Below are positions 43,433 to 58,080 of a stretch of DNA of 64,000 nt, piece by piece; position 1 is the first letter of the stretch, and the number at the start of each line of letters is the position of its first letter. The stretch is from the human T2T-CHM13v2.0 reference genome, Homo sapiens. The stretch lies in the NCBI RefSeq assembly GCF_009914755.1, contig NC_060926.1, one strand, 5' to 3'. The translations under genes were made by a program, and so were the position numbers. Below the pieces are notes generated by a model, which was not told the origin of the DNA, did no database searches, and saw only the letters and a list, made by a program, of their open reading frames with translations.

Positions 43433-45064
43433 ATAGAGGGAAAAGTCTTGGACTTTCCAAAAAATAATCACATTACAAATAGGACATGGGGTTACCACTT
43501 GATAAGAGAAGGTCAATGCGTTCAATTTGCCAGTGGGTGAAGGGCTTCTGACACCAGCTTCTCTGCATTACAAGCAGAGAACTCTATGTGATAACAAGCT
43601 GCAGTAATGGAAAATCCAGGCACGCACAGGCAGTTCTGATTTGTTCCACTTCTCCACTTTCCCAGGTGTCTCCTCCAACTGATGTATTGACTGGTAGAGG
43701 GGACTTAGGAATCATAGGATGCCTATATGGGCATAAACAAGTTGTAAACAGGGTGAAGGAAGCAACATGCTGTTTTCCTGATGGCCTCTTTCTAATCAGG
43801 GGCCTCATTCTTTTAGTTATATGGTTGTTTTATGGTTGGCAAGTGGCAAGAGGAAATAGATGGTCCTTGAGAGAAGCAGCTTTAGCAGCTGCAACAACTC
43901 AAGCAATTCCCTGACTAAGCTCATCCATGTAATTGATGTGGGCTATTGGTCATGGTGGAAAAGGTAAGAGGAATTATGAATGGGAATGTACTGGTGAGGA
44001 AAAATAATGTATTGGCCAGATAAACAACAGAGACCTGAGTTGGAATCCTGGAGACGATGATATTAGAATTAGGAATTATAGAATGAACAAAGCTGGCATA
44101 CCCATTAAGGTGGCATAAGTTCTCAGCCAAACAGTAGGCTACCAGTCTGCCATCAGAGTTAAATGTCCTGACTGCTTTACCACGTATCTAGAGGTACATG
44201 GACTCTGGGCTAGAACTAAGACACCCTGTTTAAGGAGGTTTATTCACGAAGGGCTTCGTGCCTTTTATGCTTATTGTAAACATAAGTATTAAGACATCAA
44301 AGTGACCACATAGGAAATGTGACTTTGGTTTTAGCAGGAAGTGCTCTAAGCTAATTCTCATTAGGGCAGCTACCCACAGACAGATAGGACTTCTGCAAGA
44401 GGCAAATCTGGATAGTCCTTGTGGCTTAGTCATTGTTAGTTTTCCACTCAAGATGGTCCAGGTAGGAAGACCTGATCAGTCTATACCATGTTCAACTTGC
44501 AGTCCATTGCTGCAATTAATGTGCAAAGTAAATCTCAATTCAAAACACACACAGGTCAAGAAGAGATGTTCTTCGTGAAATGTTCAGGGATGGCTTGAGG
44601 CCAGGAAACTGTGCAGAAGCATACTCCGGTGGGCATACGGGGAGTGAACCTGCTGAAAGGCTTTTTCAGGCCCCTTAGAAGGCTTCTTCTTCAATGTTGA
44701 CTCAAATTTGCAGACTTTCTAGGGTATTTGTGTGGGAAGCACTTGAGCATTTTGTCTCTCATATAAGTTTCTCCTCCCACTTCCACCTTACCTCCATCTG
44801 CTCAAGATAAATCTTCTTCAGGTTTCCCTACATTATGGCCCATCAAAAAGAAGGCGTAATTGTGAGTCCTCCTGGTTGTACTTGTTCCATATTTTAACAA
44901 ACTTTCTAACCAGGCAATCTAATGGATTAGCAAAAACTAAACAATGCTGGAAAGCCCTATTAAATCCTTGGACCAGGAAGTGCCCCCATGGTCAACAGAT
45001 TCAGGCCAGGGATGAAAACAGGACGCTCAAATGTTTTATAAAGTCTTATAGAAAAGATATTGTA

Positions 45065-45345
45065 GCCAGGTGCGGTGGCTCACGCCTGTAATCTCAACAC
45101 TTTGGGAGGCCGAGGTGGGCAGATTACTTGAGGTCATGAGTTCAAGACCAGCCTGGCCAACATGGTGAAACCTCGTCTCTACTAAAAATACAAAAATTAG
45201 CCCCACATGGTGGTGTACACCTGTAATCCCAGCTACCTGAAAGGCTGAGGCACAGAAATCCCTTGAATCCAGGATGCGGAGGTTGCAGTGATCTAAGATC
45301 ATGACACTGCACTCCATCCTGGGCAATAGAGTGAGATTCTGTCTC

Positions 45346-45376
<31 letters not shown>
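45065..45376 (+). mobile_element. AluS
   Basis: Full dimer; TSD agaaaagatattgta. Confidence 0.95.
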
Positions 45377-45382
<6 letters not shown>

Positions 45383-45798
45383 GATATTGTAAGTGGAAAT
45401 AGGTGACACAGAGAATAGACAGACAAAGGGCAGGCTTCATTTATGACCTAGAATTGAAATGACAAAGCCTTTCAAACTGAAACTGTTCAGGTCCAGAGAC
45501 AACTGAGTCAGCCCCAGACAGCAAAGAGGAGTTCAGAAGAGGAACTGAAAGTTAGATGGCAGGAGGCTTCACTGTGTGCCCCTAGTCCTTATGATGCCAG
45601 TCCTCTTCACTGGCCTCGAGGGCCACATGGACACAGATCCTGCAGACTACACCAAATTGATAAAGAAAGCCATACCAGCTGTTCAGGTGTTCGGGTAAAC
45701 TCCGTCATTCACTAAAATCAAGCATCAAATGGAAGGGGGAAGCACATAATATCCAAAAGTAAGTGGTCCAACTCGCCAGTCTTGTTAAGACCTTAAAG

Positions 45799-46393
45799 GA
45801 AGGGTCAGACAACTTTTCTGCAAAGGATCAGACAGTAAATATGTCAGGCTTTGTGGGCCGTGCTGTCTCTTTCACAGCTGCTCAACTCTGCCCTTGTGGC
45901 AAGAAAGCAGGTGTAAAATAAGTGGGGCTATGTTCCAACAATACTGATGTGAATTTCATATAGTTTTGACATGTCAGGAAATGTTACTCTTCTGTTGATT
46001 TTTTTAAAAAATGTAAAAGCTGGCCAGGTGTGGTGGGTCAGGCCTGTAATCCCAGCACTTTGGGAGGCCAAGGCGGGCGGATCACCTGAGGTCAGGAGTT
46101 TGAGACCAGCCTGGCCAACATGGTGAAACTTCATCTCTATTAAAAATATAAAAATTAGCCAGGTGTGGTGGCAGACGCCTGTAATCCCAGCTACTTGGTA
46201 GGCTGAGGTGGGAGAATCGCTTGAACTCAGGAGGCAGAGGCTGCCCTGAGCCAAGGTTGCACCACTGCACTCCATCCTGGGCGACAGAGCGAGACTCAAT
46301 TAAAAAAAGTCTAAAAGCCATTTTAGCTTATGTGCTGTACAAAAACAGATGGCAGCTAGATTTAGCCCATGGGGGTATGTTTGCTGACCCCTG
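45799..46393. mobile_element. MER58B-like, split by an Alu
   Basis: 8-bp hAT TSD ccttaaag (45791-98, 46394-46401); end gtttgctgacccctg. Confidence 0.8.
46022..46308 (+). mobile_element. AluS
   Basis: Full dimer. Confidence 0.95.
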
Positions 46394-46501
46394 CCTTAAA
46401 GATACAGTACCATCATTGTTTTAGATATCCTCACGTGGAACTAAAGTAATACTTAATCCATTATTTTATGTAATATCCACTAAGTAAGGTATATACAATG
46501 A

Positions 46502-46915
<414 letters not shown>

Positions 46916-46984
46916 GAAAATTCTAAAAGCAAACACATATTGAGCATTCAACATGTGCCAGATGCTGCTCTACATGCTCTAGAC

Positions 46985-47196
46985 CAGCGTTTCTCAACCA
47001 GGGCCAAAAGTGGGTATTTGGCAATGTCTGGAGATATTTCTGGTTGTCACAGTGCTGGGGAAGGACTGCCTACTCACTGGAATGTAGTAGGTAGAAGCCA
47101 GGAGTGCTGCTAAACATCCTGCAGTGTACAGGACAGACCCCATCACAAGGAATAATCCAGCCCAAACACCTATCACACAGAGGTTAGGAAACCCTG
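46985..47196. mobile_element. MER20 (hAT-Charlie)
   Basis: cagcgtttctcaacc...ttggcaatgtctggagat...aaaccctg; TSD (c/t)tctaga(c/t). Confidence 0.85.
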
Positions 47197-48990
47197 TTCT
47201 AGATGTATTATCTCATTTAACCCTCACAGCAACCCTAAGAGGTAAGTATGGTTATTTCCCATTTAACAAGCTGAAAGTCATCCCTTTCCATTCCAAAACT
47301 CATTTCTCCAATTTTGGAGAGAACTATTTTTAAATCTTACTGTACATATTCTTTTTGCCTTAAACACTGAGCTGAATAATTAAACTCAAACATTTATTCA
47401 GTGCTTTTAAACTCACAGAGAACTTTCCATCTATATTATCTTGTCTTCACTACAAGCCTGTAGCCAATGTCCTATTATTATCACGCACCTCACCCCCATT
47501 TGGCAAACATGACACTGAGACTCTAAAAGAGATGATGACTTGCCGAAAGTCACAAAACTGGTACATGGTGGAACTGGGGCTGACCCCAGGTCTTCTGAGT
47601 CATCCTCTCGTTTTCCTTCCACTTAGGCATGCTGGTTCACCTTGTGTTGAGAACACAGGGTCTCCTTCTGCCCGTGCTTTATTCTGCACAGGGTCTAGGT
47701 GGGCTACAAAGCCATGTAGCGTGGTTCTGCTCCCAGAACATTCTGAGCACTGTTTTCTATGCATGGGGCATTTGTTAAGTGTAATGTCTCAGGTCCTCCT
47801 TCCTTCATAGTCTTGCAGCCAGCATGCTTGTCTTCAGCAGCCTCCACACACACCCTCCAATCCCTTTTAATTCAGGCTCCTAGTCTGCTTCAAGACAGAA
47901 AGCTATTTGGACTGATCAAAGTCATACCTAATATGAGACTTAGCAGGATCTCAGGGAGGGCCTGAAAGGTGATCTTTTGAGTAAGGGCATGAGCTTCTGT
48001 GCAGGGTCTTCAGTGAGCCACCCTGTAGCTGAGTATGCAGGATGAAGACAGCAAAGTCTTCTCCATAGAATTTCCTAGGTTTCTACAAACCCCATGCTAT
48101 ATTTTGTTTAGCTGCCTGTTTCCCCATGGAAACACTAGGAACCCCTGATAGAATTAGACTCAGAGGTGGGAAATTTTCGTCGGCTTTCATTGTGAGGGTC
48201 AAAGGCTTACCCTGGGAATGCTCTCTGTGGCCTTGGGCGGCCACGGCAACAGAGATACACTTCATTTGTTGCTCCTCAAGAACCTGCCACCTTTCCCAAG
48301 ACAGTCCCCACAGCCTGCCTAGATTTAAAAAGACTTCTCTCTATCTGACAAACTCCCTTCTTCTCTATCAATGATCTTCTTGTAGAGGCAGAGGTCTCCC
48401 TATGAAAAACTGATACAGAACCCAGATAGTCCAGGGCTTAGGTATGAATGGCTGTGCTTCTGACTATAACTACTGATTAGATGAAATAATGTGTGTAAAG
48501 TGCTCAGTACCATCCTGGACATTTAATAAATGCTAGTTGTTATTATTATTCCTGCTTTTACTATTTTATCACTTGCTATTGAACAGACAATGGTCTATAA
48601 CTATTGTCAGTAACTCCATTTTAGGGAAGAGCTTTGTGATGGAAGTTATCTTCTGATTCATTTTTTTCAGCTCAGTTGTAAATAGATAGATTAGCTGAAT
48701 AAGGTTCCTTAAAATTCAATATAATATAATATATAGTAAGAACTAGCATTACATGTTTTCTATGTACCAGGAACTTTTCTAAGTGCTTTACATGGGTTAA
48801 TTTACTAAACCTGCAAGTTACTAAGAAGTAAGCACTATTACTATCCCCATTTTACAGATAAGAAAACAGAGGCACAAATTTACTTAATTAGTGAGTTGTG
48901 CAGTTACGATCACACTTGCTATTTCATCTGCCTGGAACATCCTCCTTTTATTTACAAATCTTATCCCTCTTATTCCCTACTCTCAATTGA

Positions 48991-49381
<391 letters not shown>

Positions 49382-49683
49382 TGATCTTCCTGACTCAGTG
49401 GTTTCCCTCCCTCCTACAAATCCTCCAGAACTGTCTTCCTGCTCCTGCCCTGTGCCCCGAACCTGACTCTGCCTGATCACATGGCAATTTGTGATCTTGT
49501 CTGTATTCTACAGCAGAGCATTTCAAACTGCAGGTGTGAAACCCACTAAAGCACACTAACTGAAAGAAGTTATTGGGTCTTGACCAGCATTTTCAAAAAT
49601 AAGTAAGTAGAATAGAAAAGAATATCAGAGTGTGTTCCATGGAGTAAGAGCAAGTATTTGTTTCACGAAAATTTTCAAGCAGT

Positions 49684-49736
49684 TGTGTGTGTGTGTGTGT
49701 GTGTGTGCGCACGCGTGCACGCACGTGTGTGTGCAC
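49684..49736. repeat. (TG)n extended into a 53-bp perfect purine-pyrimidine alternation
   Basis: tgtg...tgcgcacgcgtgcacgcacgtgtgtgtgcac. Confidence 0.95.
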
Positions 49737-51189
49737 TGAGGTTGCAACATAAAAGATATTTCTAATGGGGATTTATTTTTAATGGGTACAGAGTTTAATT
49801 TTTCACATTGAAAGAGTTATGGAGATCTGTTGTACATGAATATACTCAACACTACTGAACTGTACACTTAAAATGGTTAAGATAATAAATTTTATGTTAT
49901 ATTTCACACAAATAAATATAATTTTTAAGAAAAGAATTTTTACTGTGAATCACGGCCTGAAAAGTTGGAGAAACACTGTTCCACTGGATTGAGGTTATTT
50001 TACTGCATAGAACATGTGTGATGTATCTTTTCATTCTAAGCAGCACACACCTGGCAGCACCAGCTCAGCATAAACGCCTTAAATGTCCTTTGAACTGAAT
50101 ACATCTCTCATTAAAAAGCAACATGTAAGTGCCCATCATATGTGATCCATGTACACATACACATACATGCCATGCACCTCCACTCTTCCACCCCTCCCCA
50201 AACACACAACCCAGTCATGCTCCCTCCAGCACCATAGTTAAAGCCACTACAGAGTCTCCTATGCCTGGCAAATACTGGGGAAGGAGAACGAGGAGATCCA
50301 GGGTGGGACATAGGAACGGAAAACAGATTTCTGGCCCTTGACAAAGTCCCTGCATTGCCTGATGGCAACCTGCCCCCTCTCTGAGTGAGGATCCTCTCCC
50401 CACAGCCCTCAACCCCCAGTGTGTGCTGGGCAGCGTTCCTTACTCTACAGCTTCACAGGAAGCTGTGCTGTCTCAATGAGGAAAGTTTAGCCTCCCGAAG
50501 TGTGGGAGCACTCCCTGAAGGCAGACACCATAGCTCCTCCGAGGAGAAGACCCTGTTGCCTGCCTTTCTGCCTGCATAGCTGAGAATAGACAAACAGCTG
50601 TGGCTACAAAGTCCTTGGGGGATCTCATGGGAACTAAAACCATACGTGAAATCAGAGAATGAATCCCCCTCCCATCCCCTCAGCAAGAGATTGCTGGCAC
50701 AGGAAGAAATCCTTACTGCTTCCCTAACAGGTGTGGGGACACCTGGCCCAGGATCTGGGCTAAGGGCCCAAAAGCAGTCGTGCTTATTCTTTGTGTTGCC
50801 ACCAAGGGGTGAGTGGTGGTTCTGGGACAGGCACTATCCCTTCACACAGGCCCAGGCAAGCCTGGGAGGACTGGGCAGGGTGGGGAAGGGGGATGCTGTC
50901 CTGACATCGTCGTGCAGAGCAACAGAAAATAATACTCCTCATCGTGGGATGGGGTCAGTGCCTGGATCAATGTTCTACTTAGGGAGAAATTGTACTAGAT
51001 TAACACAGACTAGAGAGATCGTAGTATCTGAGTGACTCCGTGTTTGTATTTTGTGTATTTGAGTCAATAGCCCCAGAACAACAAAAAGAATCGTCTTTGT
51101 GAATAAATCTCTCACTGATAGGAAGAGCTCTAAAGGGACCCAAGTAAAGAGCCAAGACCCCCAAGGGCTGTCCTGCCCTGCCTAGTTCT

Positions 51190-51800
51190 GGGGAGAGGGA
51201 GCTGGGGGCGGAGGACAGAGGGAGGGAAACTGAGGCCAGGCCGACCTCTGGGCCAGGGCGGTGGGCCTCTCCTAGCGTGGGGGGTTGAAGGGGCTTCTCC
51301 CTGGGGCTGCAGCTGCACCCCTGCAGGGGCGCCTTTCCTACTACGCTGCAGGGAGACGGCGTTCCCCGGAGTTGGGGAGGGAAGTGCGTTGTAGCCCCAG
51401 ATTCTCTTTCACAGGAGGCTGAGCTGAGGGGGACCGGGCGAGGAGCAGGGCGTCACCCACTGCGAAGGGCTAACTCCGTGCCTTTCTCTGGGTAGCCACA
51501 AACCCAACACCCAGTCAGACCAACCACAGTTCCCAAACGGCTTCCTTCCATGCAGCTCCCTTCCGTTCCCGCCCCTGCCCTGCCCTTCAGGGAAGCCGGG
51601 AGTGGCGGCTGGGCAGTGGCCTTCCCGCGTGCCCACATCCAGGCGGAGTGGAGCGGCGCTCACGGGCAGGGCCAGGCGTCCAGTGGTGTCCCAGGGGACG
51701 CGGGGTGGGAAGCGACCCAAGGCTCTAAGGGGAATGGACAGGGGAGGGCGCCGACCTCACAGGGACGCCTGGGGAACACATCGGAGCCACACCTCTACCT
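51190..51800. promoter_or_regulatory. Weak CpG island / GC-rich candidate regulatory element
   Basis: About 34 CpG in about 600 bp by hand count; GC boxes (ggggcggag about 51205, cccgcccc about 51568); AP-1 TGAGTCA at 51060-66. Confidence 0.5.
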
Positions 51801-52699
51801 CCTAACTCTACAGGAAGGGATCTTGCAGGGAGCAGGAGCACCCGGTGGCACATGCCTTTTGGGAGAAGGGAAGTGAATTCGCTGTTCTCACTTTTTCAGA
51901 GCTGTGAAAAAGTCTGTCTGGCTTCTGACCCAGAGAATCTTACCTTTTTTGTCTTTTGAAGAGAAGGGCGCTTAATGAAGAAAAAAAAAAGCTGTCATCT
52001 TCTAAACAAGAGGAACAATTATTTTTCCAGCTTTTTTCTCTTGGAAAGAAATTTACTTCCTGTTCGTAGTTCATTCCTTCCCTCTTACACGCATGCGTTC
52101 ATTGAGGAGGACTCTTCCCAGTCGCCTCCTTGCCCAGCCTGCTAACTGCTAGAAACCAACAAGGGCATACCAGGGTCTGACTTGGGAAGAGTTGCCAATC
52201 CATCCAGGAGGGCCCAGTGAAAGCAAACATTCCGAAGGTAGGTAGCCATGATGGAGGGCAGCCCCCAGAACATGAGCAGACCTCCCCTGCAGGAATCCTC
52301 TCCCTGTGGGGAGGGAGCAACGAATCAAATCTCAGCTCCCTGGGGGATATCTGACACCCCCACCTGTGGGATTGTGCCATCCCCAGCCTCAGATAACACA
52401 TGAACACACACAAAGAGAGCCCCAACCCCAAGCTTTCAGAGAAGTGACATTTTAGCATTCTTGAAAGATGAAGCAGATGTTGCTCAGGGAAAGAAGGCAA
52501 GGAAGGATGATCTAGGCAAAGGGACAGGTCTATACAAAGGACAGTGGCTTGAGAACGTGTAATGCATTTAACTGACCTTCTGGAGGGCAGTTGAGTTAGA
52601 GAGGATGCAGGGGGTACCCAGACAGAGTGATGAGAAGAGACTGAGCAAGTAGGGTCAAGTCCCACGTGGGCTTGAGAAGCGAAGGAATCGCTTCAGCTC

Positions 52700-55600
52700 T
52701 AAATTAGCTCGGATGTATTTGCAGCAAGTTAATTTTCCCTGTTTGGATAATATTAAGTATTCAGCTGCCAGACAGTGGGGTGGGGAGAACTTTCAACAAT
52801 ACTAAAAGAAACCCATACCTTGATAATTTACTTTGCTATCTGATGAGCATGAAATTAATTTCCATATTAGCACATTATGTGGAGATAAGACACAGATAAT
52901 ACAAATTACAAAAGACACGTAGGTCTCTTACTAAATTTCTGAGGAATACAGTGTGTGCATTAGTCTGAAGCCAGGGAACCTAACGCGAGAGAGATTTGCA
53001 GGGAGCAGCAGTACAGAGATGGATTACCCGGAGAAATAGGTTTGGCTCTGGTGCTGATGTTTTCTTTTCCTCTGTGAATGGAAAAAGATAAGACATTTCT
53101 TATAAAATGTAACCATTTCTGGCATGCTTTCCCCCAATTCCTCACACATGCACACTCCCCAAGTGCTGCCAGACACAGAGGCCAGCTCTCAGCAGGACAA
53201 CGGAAGTTCATTATCCAGCCATGTAGGGCTCTCCAACCCAGGCCCCCACGATCCTTGCAGAGGAATTGTGCAAATCCAGGGGGAAATGCCAGTTTCCAGT
53301 CCTCTCCGGCTTGGCTCTGTGTTCTGTCAGTCCAGCTTTGAATGATGAATTGATGAATTTCCCATTCGGCCTAAGGCTCTGAGACACCATCACCACTGAG
53401 CCTAATCCTAATGCGTTTTTAACTTTTTCCCCTTTTTAACCAGGCTCCAAGGAGAAAAGATTGCTTTGAAAATACTCCCTGGACAGGCTCACAGACAGCC
53501 AGAAGGATGAATGCCACTTTATTTGAAAGACTGAAGGCACTGGGGGTAAAAGAGTTGTTAGAAACAACCAGCATGGGCTTCAGACCCCCATGGCTGTGGC
53601 CAAGGCCAGCTTGTGGCACCCTCAGGACTGCTTGTGGCCTGCCTGGCCCTCTCTACATAGAGAGGAGGATGTTTAGCAGGTATATAGCATGTGAGCTGTC
53701 CTATTCTGGAAAGAATGGAGACAAGGGCCAGGACTCGGTTGGCCATGACCTTGCTGTATGACCTTGGGCAAGTCACTGAATCTTCCTTTTTCCTCCCCCG
53801 TTCAATGAGGAGGTTGAGCTACATGATCTCTAATATCCCTGTGAATGTTAATGTTTATTATTTCTATTATTCTATTGATTAAAAGCCATGTCATGTTTTT
53901 GCCTTATGGTGGACATGGTGGTGGGCCTTCCAGATAACCCTTTAATGAAGACCTTGTTGACCAGCAGTTGAGAGTGTCATCGGGAAAAATGGCCTCTGCT
54001 GCAGAGGGCTGCCTGACCAGATGGATGTGGGTGTCAAGGCTTGGACCTTTCACCTCTACTTGTTACTATGCCAAAGGGTGTTCTAGCTCCACAACTCCTC
54101 ACGCAGTTGCCAAGGCTGTCATTGGGCCTCAACTTCTCTCCCTGCCCAATCCTGCTTCAGCCCCTTCCTCCCATGAAAGCTTCGCCTTAACAAGTAGCCT
54201 GCATATTACCCTACTTCTCAGAGTTAGCTTCCTAGGAAGCCCAGCCTGACACACCCATTTCCATAGACTCATACAATTTTGAGCCTCCAACTTTTCCTTC
54301 CCCAGCCTAGTCTTCCTCCATTGCCATTTTACAAACAGAGAAATAACAGCTCAGAGAATGACTTACCAAGTTCACTCTGTCGGCAGAACTAGGGCTATAT
54401 CTTCAGTTCTCTGAGTCTCGGCCATGTCCTCTATCCATCATACCTCACTGCTTTCCCCAACCTATCTCATCTTCCTTGCATAGTGCAGAGAGACATGTAG
54501 GCAGAGATAGATCGACTCATCCATCCATCTCCACTGCAAGGGACGTAATAAGCAAAGGCATGAATTCATGAGTTATTTGCTGCCTCTACTTTAAATAGAT
54601 AAGCCATCAGTTTTCATTTGGGGATTTTTTTTTAACCTCTCTGCAAGGCTGTATCACAAAGACACTACAAGCTCTGGATTAGGAACTAGGAAGCTTGGGT
54701 TTTCATCTCAGCTCCTCACTCTCACATTGCAAAAATGCTGCAGCTTGCTATTAGGCTCTTTCAGATGTGAAGGCTGATTGCTCTGGGCCTCCACTGAGGG
54801 TAGAGAGGAGAGTTAATCATGGAATAATAACCGGTGATGATGGTTATGTAAGATGTTATCATTGGGGGAGCTGGGTGAAAGGTACACAGGAACTCTCTGT
54901 GTTATTTTTGCAACTTCTTGGAATCTAAAAATATTTAAAGAGGAGAAGGTTTAAAACAATAATAAAACTAACCAGTGATGGTCTCACTTATTCTAACAGA
55001 GGGTAGATAACTTTAGAAGCAGTAAAGGGAAACAAACAGGCAGGTTATGTGACATATTCGGATCAGACTACCCAGTAAATATACTCAATGTCATTCGGTG
55101 GCATGAATGATGAAGAAGTGTGTCGCACCAGGCTTGCATTTTTTAAAGACGTGCTCTGCAACCAAAAACCCTAAGAACTGACAGTCTTAAAGCCAAAGCC
55201 CTGAAAAATGTTTGCTACAGCACCTACTTCCCTATTCAGGTTAAATCCTCCCAGGTGAGTTTCACCTGTGGTTTCACCCACAGCCAGAGCTGCCATCCAC
55301 TGGGTCTGACCAACTAACTCCCTCATTTTGCAGGCAAAAAAACCTGAAAGCTCAGAAGGTAAACAACTTGTCCAGATTGCGCACAGAGTGGCTGATTTAG
55401 TAGAGGCAAACAATTCCAAGTTAGAAACAGACAGCTGACCAGCGGTCCATGGAGCATCCTGTGCTGCTTCAAGGGTCCAGAGTGGGGAAGCAGCTGGGAC
55501 CCTCGGCCTCAGTGGAATGGCATCAGGGGCCCTACTTCCAGCCAGCAGGCTCCAGCTACGAGCACATGAGAAGCACAGTCCTGCTGGTTGTCTGGGGCAG

Positions 55601-55980
55601 TCTCCTGGGAAGCCACACACTGGGAAAAGATCCTGAAGGCAGGCACTGTCCACAAATCACTCAAGAATTGAACATTTTTTCATTTTGAAATGAAACTGCA
55701 TTTGAGGGTACTGCCAACTATAAATCAAATGTTGCCTTTTGAAAAAAGGAAAGGAAAAGAAAGTAATCAACTAAATGGAGACTGTTGCCTCCTATCACAA
55801 CGTCTTGCAATTAAAGGTCCATTTCTTCTCTAAGTTCTCCTTTTCTCCTAGGAAAATTGAATGTTTTTCTAGTTATGAGACGAGAATGCTAACCAAAATT
55901 GTTGCCAGTTCAAAATGTGTTATCTTAGTGGTGTTTAATGTCCAAGAAAAAAACAATTAGCTCTCTTCCATGTTTCAAAG
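52700..55980 (+). pseudogene. Distal cadherin-repeat relic fragments (about 52.7-53.3, 55.0-55.2 and 55.7-56.0 kb)
   Basis: PVWIILSIQLPDSG (52738-52779), NFHISTLCGD (about 52857), HAFPQF (about 53125), ITLEAVKG (55007), VNILNVI-GGMNDE (55075-55114), LPFE...QLN-ETVASYH (55732-55798), VVFNVQEKNN*..MF (end of ORF 55775-55960). Confidence 0.5.
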
Positions 55981-57602
55981 CCCAAAATCGTAAGAGGACA
56001 GTTTGAAGTTTTATGCATGGCACTGGATATTTTGAGGGTAGTGTATTTTAATTACTTTTTAATTGAAGTATACTTTATATATAATAAAGTGTGCAAGACT
56101 GGTAAATTTGTATATATTGTATACTTGGTAACCACAACCCTGACCAAGATAGAGAACGTTTCCAGCACTCTAGAAGATTCCTAGAGTATAAAAATATTTA
56201 AATCACCATTAAATATCATGCAACTTGGAGCATCCAACCTTTGTCACCTGGGTAGCCAGCCCATCTCAGCTCTGGGAAAGTCTACCCCTGGTAGCCCGCT
56301 GAGATAGGAGGAACAATTTATCCTGAAGACAGGTGAAAGATGTTGAGGCTCACTTTTCCAGAACTGCCCACCTTCAACCCTACCTTTTCAAAGTAGGCTC
56401 ATACCCTGAGAATCTTTTCCTGACAAGGTAAAATAAGTCTTAAAACAAAGGAAAAGAGAGTAAGTGGAGAGTGAGGATGGCAATGAATTTGAAGCTTATG
56501 GAAAACCTAGAGTTGGGGGCAGGGGAAAGGTAACAATGAAACCTGAGAGAGTCAACTTGTAAATTATGGTTTTCAATAAGGAATGATGTGTATAAGCTTG
56601 TTTTATAGATACTGAGTGGTAGAAACATTGGTCTTAAGGCTGAAGAAAGATGCCCCTGGTGATTGAGATCCCTAAACTGAGGTTTGCAGAGAGCTGCCTT
56701 TTCGCTCTTCTTGATTTTCTAGTCAAGTGCCAAGTTTTCAGCTTTTGTTATGTTTTTTCCAGTGGGAAATTCCTTTCAACTCTAAAGTCAAGATTTAATA
56801 ACATATGAAACTGCTGCCAACCCAGGATTTTGGACCTGATTCACCAATCTTCTGGGACACATTTTAAAATCCTTCTACCTAGAAGGTTTTCTCTGCAAGG
56901 TACATACCACCCTACTCTCCAAATTAGAAACTTACTTGTATCTTCCAAAATTCAAATCCGCGTTCAAAAAAGAGGTGCAATAGCTTTCCCCACCTCCTGA
57001 GAGCACAGCCTTGGGTCCTACCCACTGTTCAACCCAGGGCCTGATTAACTGATGAACTGTGCCGAGCTGTACTGAAGACAGTTTAAATGAGACAGTTGAC
57101 TCCAGGTAATGTATCAGGACCTTTAGAACTGGATTGGATTAGTACCCCATGTAGTGACTATAATAAATAGATAATAAATAGAAGGTATCATTTCTCAGAG
57201 GATCCAATTTTCTCTTTGTAACCTGTTGACTTATTTAGGCCCCCTTTCTATCTGCCATAAGTGAAAATTTTGAGGAAATAGCAACTCCCTGTGAGCTCAG
57301 GACTTCCATTTTCTTTTCCTGCAAGTTGAGGTTTGAGTCAGCTGATTTCAACAAGATTGGAAGCTTGTGTGTATGCATAGCAGGGGTTCCCAACTGAGCC
57401 TCAATTGAAGTCCGGCTCCTGCTGTGGAACTAGTGGGCTCTGGTCGAATTTCTGTTTGCATTAAGCTGATGTATAGAGAAGCGTTCTGGCATCAGGAGAG
57501 AGAAAGGACGATTTTGTGCACAGATGCCAGAAAAGAGGAAACCCACCTTGGTCTAAAGGTCTCCTTTTTCCCCCCACCATTTATTTATACCTTCCTTCTT
57601 AG

Positions 57603-57860
<258 letters not shown>

Positions 57861-58080
57861 TAATAAAGTATATTCACCATTTTAAGATAATCAATATTAA
57901 TATTTTGGTGACTATTTTCACAAACATCTCTTTATGCATACAAGTACACATCTGTGTAATTTTTAAGAAGTAGGATCTAATATGAATGATATTTTTCCCT
58001 GTGAACCTTTCCCTAACTTTCTCTGTCCTCACTCATATCAGCACTCCACAACTATCTCCATTTTCCCCAAGGAACCTATG

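Noticed and set aside
43588-43914. 108-aa ORF with hydrophobic stretch GLFLIRGLILLVIWLF as a possible cadherin transmembrane segment
   Set aside because: EC motifs continue immediately downstream (43920-45515), so it is more likely an off-frame reading; non-ATG start.
52099-52665. 188-aa minus-strand ORF (also 55171-55653)
   Set aside because: No ATG start, no recognisable domain, and partly overlaps old repeat-like sequence.
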